The notes beneath the pieces were generated by a model. The model was not told the DNA's origin and made no database searches. It was given only the letters and a program-made list of their open reading frames with translations. This document shows positions 40,439-56,509 of a DNA stretch of 64,000 nt, in pieces. Source of the stretch: Octopus sinensis (taxonomy: Eukaryota); contig NC_042999.1 in NCBI RefSeq assembly GCF_006345805.1, positions 104,966,001 to 105,030,000 of the forward strand, written 5' to 3'. How positions within the stretch are numbered: position 1 is the stretch's first letter; every line of letters begins with the position of its first letter. The translations under genes and the position numbers were made by a program.

Positions 40439-42279
40439 CACAATTATGCAGAAGAAGACAAGATAGGATGTTTAAATTACGTTAAAGCATTTTGCTTATG
40501 CGAGGACGATTGGATTGGTCATTTTTGATATTCATTTCTTCTCTTTTATTGATATGCAAGTGACGACGACAAAGCACAGGTTTGGAAGATATAAAAACAA
40601 TTTTGCTTTTTGTTGCCACTCAGCATGCAAACAATCTAAGTAAAATCATTGCGTTAACATTAACACGTCTACATACACTTTCTCGACTCCATTTTCTTAG
40701 TGTATGCAGTTGTACATAGTACAGAAAAATTGCAAGTTAGATGTAGCATTGAAAAGATCAATATGATAAAGATGAGCAAGAACGACCAGTGCTATTCATC
40801 CTGATCATATCATTAGGGAGGGAGAAAAAAAAGCAGTTCACTATGTTTGGCTTCTTAGGGTTAGTGAGTTCTCCTTGTACCACATTAGCAAAAAATACAA
40901 GTAATGATTTTCTGTATATCAGAAAGCATAACTTCAGTTGGTTGCCGTAAATCTTGTGTGTTTCTATTCGCAGATTTCAAGAATGAAAGGAGACATTCAA
41001 GTAAGACAAGCCTACCAAGTATAAAAACCATTCACCTGTAATATAGCAATAGTTAGGCTGAAACACGGGGACAATGCTGACGTGTGGCTCAACTTGGGAA
41101 TTAAGCGATATGTAATATTTTATACAGTCAGAATCAAGGAATTATATGATGTAATTTACATAGGGATACTGGGCCAGAGTACCGCTGATACAGGTAATCG
41201 CAGATTCCAGATGAATCTAAGAGAAAAGTGTATGCGTGTGTGTTGATATACAGACACACAAGCATATGTCCAACTACATATTTAAAAGTTTGATTCAATA
41301 AAGAAATATTCATAAAGCTTTAAGATGTCACACTCGTACTCAACTTTGCTTCCACGTTTCCTTGCAGACAAATCATATGTTAACTAATGAAAATAGTGAC
41401 GTAACTTCTTTCCTTTTGTCATTAATTCACTAACATATGTATATAAATATTACATATAAGTGCATATGAAGATCTTCCTATCTACCTATTTACACACACA
41501 CGCACACACACATGCATACGCTCACATACTTAGATACATACAAACATAACCATATTCTATGCACATACAGTTTAGCACCCGTGCAAGAGCTCAGCCGTGC
41601 ACATATAAAGAAAAAAAAAGAAAGGGAGAGATATTGAAACTTTATATTTATATTATCTATATTAGACAATATAAGTAGGTAAGTAATAAAAGCTTCTAAA
41701 TTGATATCACAAGAAATTTCTAAATCAGTAACTTAGACAAATATTTTCGCAAATTAGCTTTAAAAAAAGACATGAATACAAATAATCTTTGGGGATTCTA
41801 AAAAAGATGAAAAGAAACAATTGGATCAATACTTATAAATGTAATTAATTACTTCTATGAAGTTAATCAAAGATAATTGACTATCATTTAACCTATTGAT
41901 TAAATATTGGCAGGATATAAAAGTAAATAAAACAGTATGAAAATTTTAGGTCTCTTAAATTTTGTTAGGAGATATATGAAAGTATCTTTAAGAAATTAAT
42001 TGTTTTTAGTCTCAACATAAAATAAGGAACCGTATATATTTACTACATATGTTTGTGTGTGTGTGTGTGTGTGCTTGTGGCGTATATATATATGTTTACA
42101 GTATCTATCTACACATACACACACACACAAACATATGTGCGTATGTATATATATGTATATATGTATTTGAATCTATGTCTGGTCATAGAGTGACCAATAG
42201 TTTCGCATCCGGAAAGGCTTTAGTCTCATGGACGTCTCATTAGGCTCTAAAACTGAAGACAAATGTAACTCCTCCAAGG

Positions 42280-43215
42280 AGCTACCTCCAAAGAAACGCA
42301 AATAATGAGTGGTAACCCACAGAGTACTGTCATAGTGGCCCTTTTAGAATATCCTCAGTTGCTCATATAGGAATGCAGATGATAAAAAAGTCTCAGTGGC
42401 TACAGAACCTTGGAGATGCTGCGCGTCTGAAACAGGAATTGGAGTCAATATACATGTTTGCCGAGGACAATAACATGCAACTTAATGCTGAAAGATTCCA
42501 ATCCCTGCTCTACCAGCATATGATGCTGAATGAAATGCAAACTGGATACAAGGGCCAAAGAAGAATTGTAATCCCTGAATCAAAATAAGTGCGCGACCTA
42601 GACATTGGCCGGAGTGATGATGCATTCCGAGTGTCTATTACTGAGTTAGTAATAAAATTCAGGTGGATGGCCGGATGGATCCTTAGAATTTTCAGCACGG
42701 GAGAAAATAAAACCATGATGGTCCTCTCGAGGACATTTGTCTTCAGCCGTCTAGGCTGCTGACTACGGTTAAAATTAATGACGAAATCCAAAGCAATCCA
42801 GTGAAGTTAAAGAAAGTTCATCTCAATGCAACATGTCAACTATGGGGAGGATTCAAAAGTCAAGACTCTTTTTCCTAAAACGAAGGCGAGAAATATATGC
42901 AATGATATACATTTTGGAAGGACTTGGCATTGAAAGTTAGGCAAGCAGCAGAACTGGACGCTACTGCATAGCGCTAAAAAACCTAACACTACCATCAGGA
43001 TACAGGACCAATTACTGCAACCGCTTGGCTTTCAAGGACCCAAAGCTCTTCAATATCTTCTCCAAAACCCTGAGATACTTAACTGGGATGGATGTAGGTG
43101 TTTTGAAAACAAAACTTGATTTCCTACTGTGAAGAGTTCTCGATGAACTTACGTCGAGGCAGGAAACTAGATGAGGGCAGCAACATCAGACTCTCTCATT
43201 CACCAAATTCCATAT
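42280..43215 (+). mobile_element. CR1-clade LINE 3' relic (RT C-terminal part)
   Basis: SGNPQSTV, ADDKK, EDNNMQLNAERFQ, VRDL and GWILRIF motifs with stops and deletions. Confidence 0.8.
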
Positions 43216-44085
43216 ATCAGAGAATGTTTCAAGTTGTGAGAGTTTAGCAAACTTAACGGAGCTGCCCCAGTATGTGCGCAACTCGCGAGCCAAAACTAGG
43301 AACAGAATAAATGAAGAAAATGGAAGTCTCGCTTTAGTCTGGATGTTAAATTAATACTTGAAATGATATCCTGTCGTATCAAAGCATTGTATTTGAATTA
43401 TTTGTAGAGCTCAGTAATCTTTTTCTCGTAAACCTGTGCATGTGTGTGTCTTTATACACTGCATAAGTACAAGCATGCACACACTCACACACGCGCGCGC
43501 CCGCACATATACATAATGGATGCAATACATCTATCGAAAATACAGTATCCAACTGAATATTAGTTGAAAGCATATTTCTGGAAAGGCGAACTTATCTATA
43601 GAGAATTTAATGGAGAATTTAGTCGACAGCCAGTATGTTGAACGTCATAGTCACAGGGGACTTATGTCAATTTTTTTTGTTCAAAATTTAAACTGAAGAG
43701 CAGAATTAATCAAAGGCGAACCAATTATGAGATTCTTTCTAGTTTTAAAATATAGTGTTTCTAGGATATCATTATGCAATGCCTTCTACATTACATTTTC
43801 TAAGAGAGTGGATTATGGAGCGGTTCCATTGTTGATGAGAAAATACTCTCTCGTTGAAAAATAATCTTCTATTTGGAGTTATATAATTTTGCATAACAAA
43901 ATTCAAATGTTTGCTATATCTCTCTCCACATCAATCCTCCACACCATTCCTGGTGAGGCATTATGGTATCTGAAGCTACACATTCAGCATTTTGTTATCT
44001 AAAGTTACAAATTCAGCAAATACCATAAACATTGAAATATTATTTTATTTGTGAATCCTACGGATTGTAAGGTCCTTAGCTGTAG

Positions 44086-44160
44086 TTTGTTCAAATTCTG
44101 TTTTGATGTCTTGCTTTTGAGTAAAATACTTCCTCTTACGTTGCTCCCTGTCATCGGGCC
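44086..44160. repeat. dispersed repeat shared with 56431-56504 (probable MITE fragment)
   Basis: TTCAAA.TCTGTTTT..TGTCTTGCT.TTGAGTAAAATACTTCCTCTTA occurs at both sites, about 80% identity. Confidence 0.7.
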
Positions 44161-44340
44161 GCTTTGATGGAGAGGGTGGGCTAATGCAGAGCATATGCAT
44201 TTAATCAATATAAACAAATTATTTGTGCAGGTCGTTCAGCAAGAAATTGCAGACCAACTTTCTCAGCTACAAGAGACTCCACTTATCATCATCATCATCA
44301 CAATGTTACGAATGTGTTTATATATATGTGTGTGTGTGTA

Positions 44341-44390
<50 letters not shown>

Positions 44391-44391
44391 A

Positions 44392-44609
44392 TTTCTTATT
44401 TCTTTATTGCCCACAAGGGTCTAAACATAGAGGGACAAACAAGGACAGACAAACGGATTAAGTCGATTACATCGACCCAAGTGCGTAACTGGTACTATTT
44501 AATCAACCCCGAAAGGATGAAAGGCAAAGTCGAACTCAGAACGTAACGGCAGACGAAATACGGCTACGCATTTCGCCCGGCGTGCTAGCGTTTCTACCAG
44601 CTCATCGCC
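44392..44609 (-). mobile_element. SINE family A with small internal deletion, 14-bp TSD
   Basis: Full head, core and tail on the minus strand; TSD AGAGATT(A/C)ATTTCT at 44383-44396 and 44613-44626. Confidence 0.9.
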
Positions 44610-45972
44610 TGTAGAGATTCATTTCTAAGTAACAATAGCCTTTTGTAAGACGCTATTAAAAATGCGAGCCAATAGGATTCCTTACAAACACCAATGATTT
44701 CATTTCATATTTGAGCACATTCTTGTTCGGAAATTTACTGCTGCTGTCATTAAAAACTTTATTTCAAGTATCTCCATTCATGTGGGGTGTTATGAATGTA
44801 GTTTTATTTGTTTTTACCAGTGGGACTACTTCGTCTAATTTACCTGTTTGACTTTTTATTATGATAGGTCCTCAACGCATGTAAATAGAGACAATAGACT
44901 CTAGCATGTAGAAAAAACAATCCCGGCAAACTCAGTGCGCCTCAACGTGTTATGTGGACAACGTGCATATGCTTGAAATAGAAGACATCACTTACAGTAT
45001 TATCATGAAAAGATTAACTCAAGGTAGCTCAATATTCACAATGTAGGACACGAAATCCTTGATGTCTCTTCGAACACTGCGAATGCTTTGTAGCTCTGTT
45101 GCTGTATCTGTAGGCATTGGTTGAGATAATTCAATAAATTAAGAATTAATTCTAAAAGCAACTGATATGCACGGGAGAGAAAAAAAAACAACAACATATA
45201 TTTTAGCCGAACTGTCATAAGCAATGTATATATGAATAACATACGGAAACCATTTTTATTAAATAACATTTTTTGTTTGTTAGGAGAAACGTAACAAGTA
45301 TCTAATGGAAAATTTTAATTCATTAAAAATAATTTTAGTGTATCATTCAATACACTCATACATAAATAATTTAATTCATTCCTTGAGATTGATAATTGAG
45401 ATATTTCTGTTCGCACAATAATTTTACTTACATGCGTATAATGACACTCACACACCATTAACCCCCCTCCCACACACGCAATGTATAGACATCGGCACGC
45501 CCACGCCTACTCGTCACATACACAAATTATACAAACATTCGCATGCGTACAGTCATACATCACACACATACACACACACAGAATAGTAACTGAGTATGAT
45601 TTCAAGTTCCAGCCGAAGGCTTTTTCACTTAGTAAATCTACGTATACTTACTTGAATAAACCCTCTGGCGTATCTTGAACGCTCCTTCAAATTTCATGGT
45701 GTAATGAATTTAACTCTACTTGTAGTGCGGCGTTCCGCAATCAAAAAAATATTCTCTGAGTAATCTGAAAATTAAAAGTATGGTTATATGGTTTAACAAG
45801 TTCGCTTTGTGATTATAGGTACAGTGACACTGGCGCCGCCTTGGTTGAGGATCTACTAGACATGGGGCCGACTAATACCTCTTGAATGGAAACGGTATTC
45901 GGTAATTCTTTGCAATATTGCTGGCAAGACATGAAGCATGAAGTTCAAACGTCAATAATGGGAAACGTAAAA

Positions 45973-47786
<1,814 letters not shown>

Positions 47787-49170
47787 TATCACATAATTTG
47801 CTCTATAAACAACACTACCATGCACATCCACTACAATAACACACCAGCCCCACCACAAACCCAGAGTTCCCCTACTTATCTAACAAATCTTGGGACGTAC
47901 TATTTACTCTTGCACACAGCATTCCCTCGCCTATTATCAATGAATTTTTCTCCCAAAGTTTGAATTTTCTATTTGCTCCTAATCAAGTATCTCACTTCTC
48001 TTTCCATATCACTTTCAATCCATACTTCACCACCATAGGGTTATACTTATCTTCCGATTCAAAATATCAATACATTTGCATACCTCACCAAATCACTATC
48101 TGCGCTCCAATCCTATTACTACTTTCGTCATCATTAATTATTTTTGTCGGTTTTATTCTGATACTTATATTTATTTTATGCATACTTTGTCTTTATCTCT
48201 TTTCGAACGTTTTTATTTATACAGATCGACACCAGTTTCTATTATTTAAATTCTTAATTGTACTTTCCGCATTTAGAATATATATAGGCCACAAAATACA
48301 TATTTATTGGCCTTCTATGAGAATATGAGAGTTGAAACTCCATGCCTTGGGAGCTAGCACACAGCTTCCTACAATGACTTGGTATTTTCCTCGTTTCTTT
48401 GTGATTTAGACATATATTGATGTTTTTCAATATTATTCTCCCCATAAAAACATTTTATAGAACGATGATGCGCAGGTCTATTGTCGGATACAAGCAACAA
48501 CAACACCACAATATTTGTTACTTAGATATCTAACCCCCAACTTGCATCAAGCGAGTTCGTATGTGTCTGTGTGTGTAAGAAAATACATATTTACTGAGAG
48601 AAAGCATGCTACTAAAATGTATTCTTTTACATAACGCTTTTTTAAATCCCTCTGTCACCCCAAGGGAACTCTTTACACACTGGCATATACACATCTTAAT
48701 GAAAACACATACACACACACGCGTGCGCCCACACAAACACATACACACACACACATTGTGAGCAACATGCTTTTATAGAAAAGTTACCATGAGAAAATAA
48801 AGGATGTAAACAGATGCGAGAAGTGTGTGTGTGAGAGAAAGAGTGAGATTAAGAGAGAGATATCTTTTATGTCACTGTTACAGATTTTGGAATTTTAAAA
48901 TTAAGTGAAAAATTTCAATTGTGGTACAATGATGCACATTTTCATTATGAATCCAAGTTTGTAATTCATTTATTCTAGAAACATTTTAGAGAAATGTATC
49001 AAAGGATGAAAGTTTGATCATTTTTAACCAAAGAGAGAACAATATTTTTGTACGTGACAGCAGTAATAAAGTGAAAGTAAATATCAGAAGAGATTTTAAA
49101 CAAAATGAAAGTCATGCATGGGTTATACACACACAAAGAAACAAAGTGTCAATGAGTGTGATAAATATAC

Positions 49171-49214
<44 letters not shown>

Positions 49215-49679
49215 CGAGAGAGAGCGAAAGAAAGAGAGAGAGAGAGAGTTTGATGGCGATACATAGAGAGTGGGAGAGTTGTCAATCTAAAATTTGAGTT
49301 ATTTTTTGGTAGAAACTTATATTTTTTTGTTGTATTTCGGGATGGTTATTTTTTTTTCTTTTGCCAAATAAACACACACACTGTATTTTCTTCACTTATT
49401 TATTACTTTTCTTATTTTAACTCCTGTTCATTGTCCGGAAATATTTCGTCACACATCTCTGACCTCTTTAGCAACACTTTCCGTCTTCGTGTGTACTCTT
49501 GCTCTGCTTATTTCATTCTAATTTTTTTCTTTATTATCATTTACGAACGACATTATCCGTGGGACGCAAAATTCGAGAATAAAATTCGTTTTCCTCGAGG
49601 ATGCACCGTTTCAGAGCCTTTTGGGGCTAAACACATATACATAACCACATAACCATAAACACTTGTATTTATATATATA

Positions 49680-50822
49680 CTAGCAGAGATACCCGTCGTT
49701 GCCTGGTTACATTCAATTGAAGAATTAGTCTTTTCTGCTCTATTTTCTGAATGCACTGGAATATCTATGTTTCGAATTTCATCAAAATTGCAGATGAGGG
49801 TTATTTCCCTCTTTACACACCCTAAAAAAATTGTAATCGTGCTACATGGAAACCAAAAGACGAATGATCACAATAAGCAGTCAGTTACCCTACCCTAGTC
49901 GTTACCACTCCCAATGTAGGATTCCTCACCGTCCAGGTGACAGACACAGTCGTAAGATGCATTACGAATCTATAGCAATTGGAAGGGCGTGACTCAACTG
50001 AAATCAACATTAACAACTGTGTGACGTGAGGGCTTAGGAGAGATTAAAGTGTCACCTCTGGAGTTTTCAAATGACCACTATCCTGACACGTAACTGGACA
50101 GAATGAATTTAAAATCTATAAATGTCTTTGAATAACCAGTCACTCATCTAGCAAGGCCTTGTAATCAATGTTACCATCTGGGGACTATGTGTGAACGAGT
50201 GATAATAAAAAGACTGAAAGGAGGACTGCAATCAAATAACTTTACTCAACACTTTGCAACAGAATCAGTGGAGACGAAGATGCCTCTCATTTACTTAACA
50301 ATTTATGCAACACATTGCAGAAATCCCAATGTAAGTGTATGTCAAAGCAAACTGTTACACTGTTGTACCATTGAATTAGAAATAATGCTCAACTTTTATG
50401 CTCGGGTAACCCTACAGCTTCCAAGAGCATAACTGTATTCGTTTTTGCTTAGATAAAATGACAAAATCGCGGGTGTTAAGTCCCCATGGAGGGGTCTTTC
50501 TAACTTTGTAAGAAGATGAAATTTTATAAATATTACTTCATTTGTGTCTAATATCTATGGTTAAAATTTCATCAACAGCAAAAATATATGAATTGCCATG
50601 AGGGTTATGGCCCTTATGCTTATGATTTCCAAATTTCATAAAGATCCATTCAGCATTTTTGACCAAGTTTTGGATCATAAAAGAAATGACTAAAATTTGG
50701 GTGTTAAGGCTCCCTATTAGGGTGTTATATATGTATGTATATAGATATAGACACAAACACACACACACATACACACACACACACACATACACACACACAC
50801 ACACAAAGATAAATTGATAGAT
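49680..50822 (-). mobile_element. non-autonomous Helitron-like element (5' boundary uncertain)
   Basis: Minus-strand 3' end CCAGGCAACGACGGG...CTAG|T at 49680; AATTTCATCAAAAT-type blocks and a CA microsatellite near the other end. Confidence 0.55.
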
Positions 50823-51061
50823 ACAACTGAGTCGGCAAACAAAAATATGAGACACAGCCTAGTGCTTTTTTATGTTGATACGCCTAGTACTTATTCTATT
50901 AGTTTGTTCTTGTGAAACCAGTAAGTTTTGTGGATGTAAATAAATGAACATCAATTGTGAAGCAGTGATGAGGGGGAAACAGAGACACACACATACACTT
51001 ACATATATACTTATATATACGTTTGATTTATTTGAGTTCCTGTCTACGAAATTCATATATA

Positions 51062-53774
51062 TTGTTGTTGGCATCCTTTTTGTCTTGGAGACAATGGAGT
51101 TGCACATAAAATAATCTAGTCCGGCTTTTACATTTCATGTCCTAATACATCTCCTGCTGTGGCTGTCTAGACCTATCCTTGACAAACACTCCCTCTGCCA
51201 GGTGCCGCAAATGTAGCGAAGACTTTGCCTGGCTAGTTGTAATGTCATACTTTCCTTGTCTTACCATTTCTCCTCCCCCTTTATGTCACTCCTTTGTGTT
51301 CCCTCTTTTACGGTACGTCGCAAATACCCATGGTTGCTGGCAACTGCTTGCCAGTTGGTAATATTGATGTTGCAGGCATTCATGTCCCTTTTGCAAAATC
51401 CTTGTATCGTAAGAACGGTCTTCCCACAGACCTAGTGCCCCTAGCAAGCTCTCCGTTGAGTATGTCTTTGGGGCTTCTGCCATCTTCCATACGGCTAACA
51501 TGTCGAAGCCATCTCATACGTCTTTGTGTGAGGAGTGTAAACATGCTTGGTATCCCTGCTTGTTTGAGGACATCTTTGTTGGGGACATGATTCTGCCATT
51601 TGATGCGGAGGATTTTCCAGAGGCAGCGTAGGTGAAAGATATTTAGGCGACGTATGGCGTCGTATGGCGTCTGTATGGCGTCCAAGTCTCACTCCCATAC
51701 AGTAGAGTGCTAAGTACACATGCCTGGTAAATCTTCATTTTTGTGGTCTCGGTCAGCTTATTGTTGACCCATGCCCGTTTGGAGAGTTGGGCCATCACAG
51801 CAGCTGCCTTGCCAATGCGTATATTGAGCTCAGTATCAAGGGATAGGTTGTAGGTGACGGTAGAGCCAAGATAGGTAAACTTCTCCACCTCCTGTAGTCT
51901 GTGGTCTCCAATATGTATGTTTGGGATGGTCGATGTAGCCTGACCCATGATGTTGGTCTTCTTGAGGCTGATAACTAAGCCAAAGTTGCCACATGCTTGC
52001 TCAAAACAGTTGATGAGCCTTTGTAGGGCTTCTTCTGTGTGTGATACCAGAGCAGCATCATCAGCAAATAGCATCTCCTTGATCAGGACGCTTCTGATTT
52101 TGGTCTTGGCACGCAGACGCGAGAGATTGAACAGTTTCCCATTACTTCTACTGTGCAGAAACATTCCATCATCTGATGTCAAAAAGGCACGTGACAGCAG
52201 CAGCGAGAAGACGATGCCAAATAATGTAGGAGCAAGGACGCAACCTTGCTTTACCCCATTTTTTATTTGGAAGGCGGCTGATGTTGAACCATTGTGCTGT
52301 ATGGTGTCTTGCATATCATCATGGAAAGATGTGATGATCCTCAGCAGCTTTGGTGGACATCCGATTTTTTTGAGTAGGATGAAGAGGCCTTTTCTACTTA
52401 CCAAATCAAAGGCCTTTGTCAGATCAATGAAGGCCATATATAATGGCATTTTCTGCTCTCTGGACTTCTCCTGCAGTTGGCGTATGGAGAATATCATGTC
52501 AATAGTTGATCTGCTTCTTCTAAAGCCACACTGCGATTCTAGATAAATTCGAGAAGCAAGCAGTTGCAGCCTGGACAGGATAATGCGAGCAGAGGCCTTT
52601 CCAACAGTGCTTAGAAGAGATATTCCACGGTAATTGTTACGATCAACACGGTCACCTTTGTTTTTGTAAAGCGTAATGATGTTAGCATACCACATATCCT
52701 GAGGGACTGTACCCTCTTCCCAGCACTGACACAGAAGCTCATGAATGTGCCGAAGCAGGATGGTGTTTTTGCCGGTTTTGATGATCTCTAAGGAGATGCC
52801 GTCTTTTTCCGGAGCCTTGTTACTTGCTAGGGAGTCGATAGCCTTGGTGAGCTCTGCTATAGATGGCAGACTGTCAAGTTCACAGACTGGCAAGATCTTG
52901 ACACCCTCGATTGCAGCCTCAGCTACCGTGGTCTCTCGTGAGTAGAGATCCTGGTAGTACTTCAACCATCTATCCATTTGCTTGCTTTGGTCCTTGATGA
53001 GATCCCCAGTAATTAATTTCAGGGGGGCTGACTTGGTTGCGAATGGACCGAGGGCCTTCTTCAAACTGGCATACATCCCACGGGTGTCGCCACTGTCAGC
53101 AGCTGACTGGATACTCTGACAGATTTCCTGTCAATACCTAATTGCACGCACAGCGTCTGGCAGTCAGTTGGGTTTTATTTCTTGCCTTTCTGAATTCTTC
53201 GAGTGACTTTATAGAAGAATCACTCTTGTATTACATCAGAGCTGCACGTTTTGTTTCGATAACTGTTTCCAGCTCTGAGAGCCCAGCACTGAATAAAATC
53301 TGGGTTTTGCCTTTCTCTCATGCCGAAAGTATCTATTGATGTGGTATACAAAGCTTCCCTGATATAATTCCACGTATTTTCAGCAGAGGTGGTTGGGTAG
53401 CTACTGAGGGAAACTTTGATAGAAACAGCAAAACATTGTCGCAGTGTAGGGTCGGGGTTCTGGCAGTGTTAATGCGTGGTCGGCCAATTTTCTTGGAGTG
53501 ATGGACTTTTTTAGGCAGAATCCTCACCCTGCTTCTTATTAGTGAATGACCTGTGTCATAATCCGCGCTATGGTAACTACGAGTCAGTTGAACAGAATTC
53601 AGAAAGGGTGTTCGTGTAATGATGAAATCCAGCTGATGCCAGTGGTGAGATCTTCGATGTCTCCAAGATGCCTTGTGGGATGTCTTGTTGGCAAAGAATG
53701 TGTTAGTGATGCACAGGTTATGGCATGTGTAAAATTCAAGTTATCTGGCCATTGTCATTCATGTTGCCAATACC
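51062..53774 (-). mobile_element. RTE-clade LINE, 5'-truncated within the APE domain; RT, C-terminal zinc finger, 3'UTR and (CAA)n tail present
   Basis: ORF 51643-53076 contains NYRGISLLS, FIDLTKAFD, GVKQG, LFADD and YGSETW. Downstream frames give the CLSRIGLDSHSRRC motif. The 3' end reads CCATTGTCTCCAAGAC...GATGCCAACAACAA. Flanked by a ~67-bp direct repeat. Confidence 0.95.
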
Positions 53775-53876
53775 AAAACACACACTTACATATATACATA
53801 TATATATACGATCGATTTGTTTCAGTTCCTGTCTACGAAATCCATATATATATATATATATATATATATTTATCTA

Positions 53877-53914
<38 letters not shown>

Positions 53915-54657
53915 AATGCATACACACACATACATACATATATATTTAGGATTTACAAAAGAAACGAACAAAAGACGAAGACGGGTATGTAAACAGCAAA
54001 CAGGTTTATTAGTTTAACGCTCCGGACTTGGGAAAATTTATATAGGGCGTACTACTGATTTTAAAATTAGATGTAGGGGACACAAGAATTCATTTATTCA
54101 CCCCTATATAAAAAATTACAGACATTTTAGTATGTTGTAAGCATAAATATTTAGCGTCTTGTAATTTTCTTAGACTTTAAAATATAATTTTTTAGAATAT
54201 AAAAGCGTTTTGAAAATACGGTCCAATTAGATCATTAGATCCAATGAACACTTATGCACAAACCTGTAATCTTAAGTTATTTTTTTTTATTATATAGAGT
54301 GGAATATTCCAATTGGTTATTATTTGCATGATTAACATTTCAATGATTTTCATTTCTTATTTAAACGTGGTAATTCTCTTGAAAATCTGCAGAATATTAT
54401 ATGATGCTGTCACTTATTCATCGATACTCAAAAATTGAACTACCACCAACTGAATACTCACCGTGTAGTGCCTTACTGCTTTTTGTTGGATTTTGCCTCG
54501 AGAAAGGACCCCTAAGGAAGGAGGGCTGAATTTCGAATACTTCGTACAACTACTTTTCTGAAACGACTGTAGGATAGGAAAATAATTTGTAATCACCTCT
54601 TTCAATTTAGGTTTTTATTTTTCATGTTTATATTCGTATTTCATTGTTATGTTTATA

Positions 54658-55545
54658 TTGGTTGTCCGGAAAGTTCGTTCCGATTTTTAAAGGAAAGTAA
54701 AAGGTCTTTAAATACTTGCCATTACATTTTAATGAAGCAAATCTGAACCATTTCGTTGCACAATACGTCTCCATCTTTCCTTTACCTTGAAAATTACCCT
54801 CTTCCCAGAATTAGGGTGGTTTCAAAGCAAAGAATTCATCAAGGTATCTTTTTACGTCATCTAAGGAATTGAAATTTTCACCATTAAGACTATTCTGCAG
54901 ATACCTGAATAAGTGGAAATCCGAAGAAGCAATTTCTGGGGAATAGGGAGGGTAGGGATGACACATCCCAGCCGAGCTGCAGCAATTTTTCCCATGAAGT
55001 TCCCTTCTTGGTTGTGGTTGAGCATTTTCCCTTTTACCAAGCCACTGTTTACGACGTTTAACATTTCGATAGAAAATCCATTTTTCGTCAAAAGCCTATC
55101 TAAAAAGGGTGAAATGAGTTTGCGAGAATGGAGAGAAGAGCAGATGTCAACTCGGGATTTGCGGTTATTTTAGGACAATACATGAGGCACCTATTTTCCA
55201 AATTTAGGAATCTTTCCACGTTGTTGAAGATAACGATGAACTGTTGTATTGTTTGAAGTAAGCTTTATTGCCAAATCTTCAAATGATAATGACGGATTTT
55301 CTTCAAGTAATGCCTCAAGGAGCTTATCATCAAAGTCAACTGGACATCCAATTCGATCTTCATCTTCAATTTTGAAAACGATCTCCTGCAAGTTCTTTCA
55401 TTCAAGCACTTTCCCATAAACTGAGTGTATGTTTCGAGCCACTTCGGCTGCAGAGTTACCTTTATTGTACTCATAAAGAATTATATGTGTCTTAAATGCT
55501 CTTTGGATACTTCCATGTTGAAAGGGTTTTAATCAAAGCAATTTT
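54658..55545 (-). mobile_element. mariner transposon relic with internal deletion; related to 30193-31003
   Basis: MEVSKEHLRH...HTH region, SPFLDRL, PPYSPEIASSDFHLF; TIR TTGGTTGTCCGGAAAGTTCG after TA. Shares AACCGCAAATCCCGAGTTGACATCTGCTCTT with the 30-kb copy. Confidence 0.9.
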
Positions 55546-55546
55546 A

Positions 55547-56360
55547 GGGTGTCCACGAAGTCTGGGTACATGGAATAAAATCATAACATAAACAAATATA
55601 AGAAATAATAATTTTCCTTTTTTACTTTTGTTTAAATTAAATAAAAAAAAATACTTTACTTTTCTAAATTTATTTGTTATTTTTTCTACAGATGATCGAA
55701 TGATGGCTCTGTCTAAAGAAGAAAGAATTCCAGTTCGAATGATGGATCTGTCTAAAGAAGAAAGAATCGAGTTAGTATTATTAAGTGGACGAGAGGAATG
55801 GTCTTATCGCAAAATTGCAGAAGAATTTAATATTCGACACTCTTATAGGCAACCTATTTTTTTACTGCCGTCGGGAAATTGATCACGAAATTTAAAGAAA
55901 AAGGCAGTGTTTTGGATAAACTCCGTTCTGGGCGACTAAAGACTTCGGATGAAACGAAAGAGGCTGTCATGGCTAAAGTTTCTGCTAGTCTAAAGAAATC
56001 ACTTCGTCGGACATCCACGGTGTTATGTGTTCCAAAACCAACCATCCACAAAATGCTGGTTGAGGAAAAGTTTCATCGATACAAGCTACAGATATTGCAT
56101 CACTTAAATGAAGACGGCCCTGATAGACGAATGTAGACGTGCGAATGGTTTTCAGGTAAATTGGATGAAAATATCAATTTTACGAAAAACTTTGTGTTGT
56201 TCAGTGACAAAGCTACGTTTTATGTAAATGGTGAGGTCAACAACAGAATCTTCTATACTGGTCTCGAGGCAATCCACATTGGATGGATCCATCTAAACAG
56301 CAAGGCAGCAAAAAGGTGATGGTGTGGTGTGGTTTGTGGAAAGCTCATGTTATCTCATTT
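55547..56360 (+). mobile_element. DD41D/rosa-like transposon, 5' half; 39-bp in-frame tandem duplication at the start
   Basis: TIR-like GGGTGTCCACGAAGTCTGGGTACA; KFKEKGSV, FSDKATFYVNGEVN, NPHW and KVMVWCG motifs; 39-bp period at 55696/55735. Confidence 0.85.
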
Positions 56361-56509
56361 TATATGCCTATGACGTTTATTTTCTATTCTAGTTTTTATA
56401 TATTTCTATACATTATATTTGTATCTATAATTTATTCAAACTCTGTTTTAGTGTCTTGCTCTTGAGTAAAATACTTCCTCTTATGTTACTCTCTGACACG
56501 GGCCAACCC

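Noticed and set aside
51947-52546. 199-aa plus-strand ORF
   Set aside because: Antisense shadow of the RTE reverse transcriptase.
53945-54030. Possible further PLE-derived end next to (TA)n
   Set aside because: Breaks off before any hammerhead core; too short to support.
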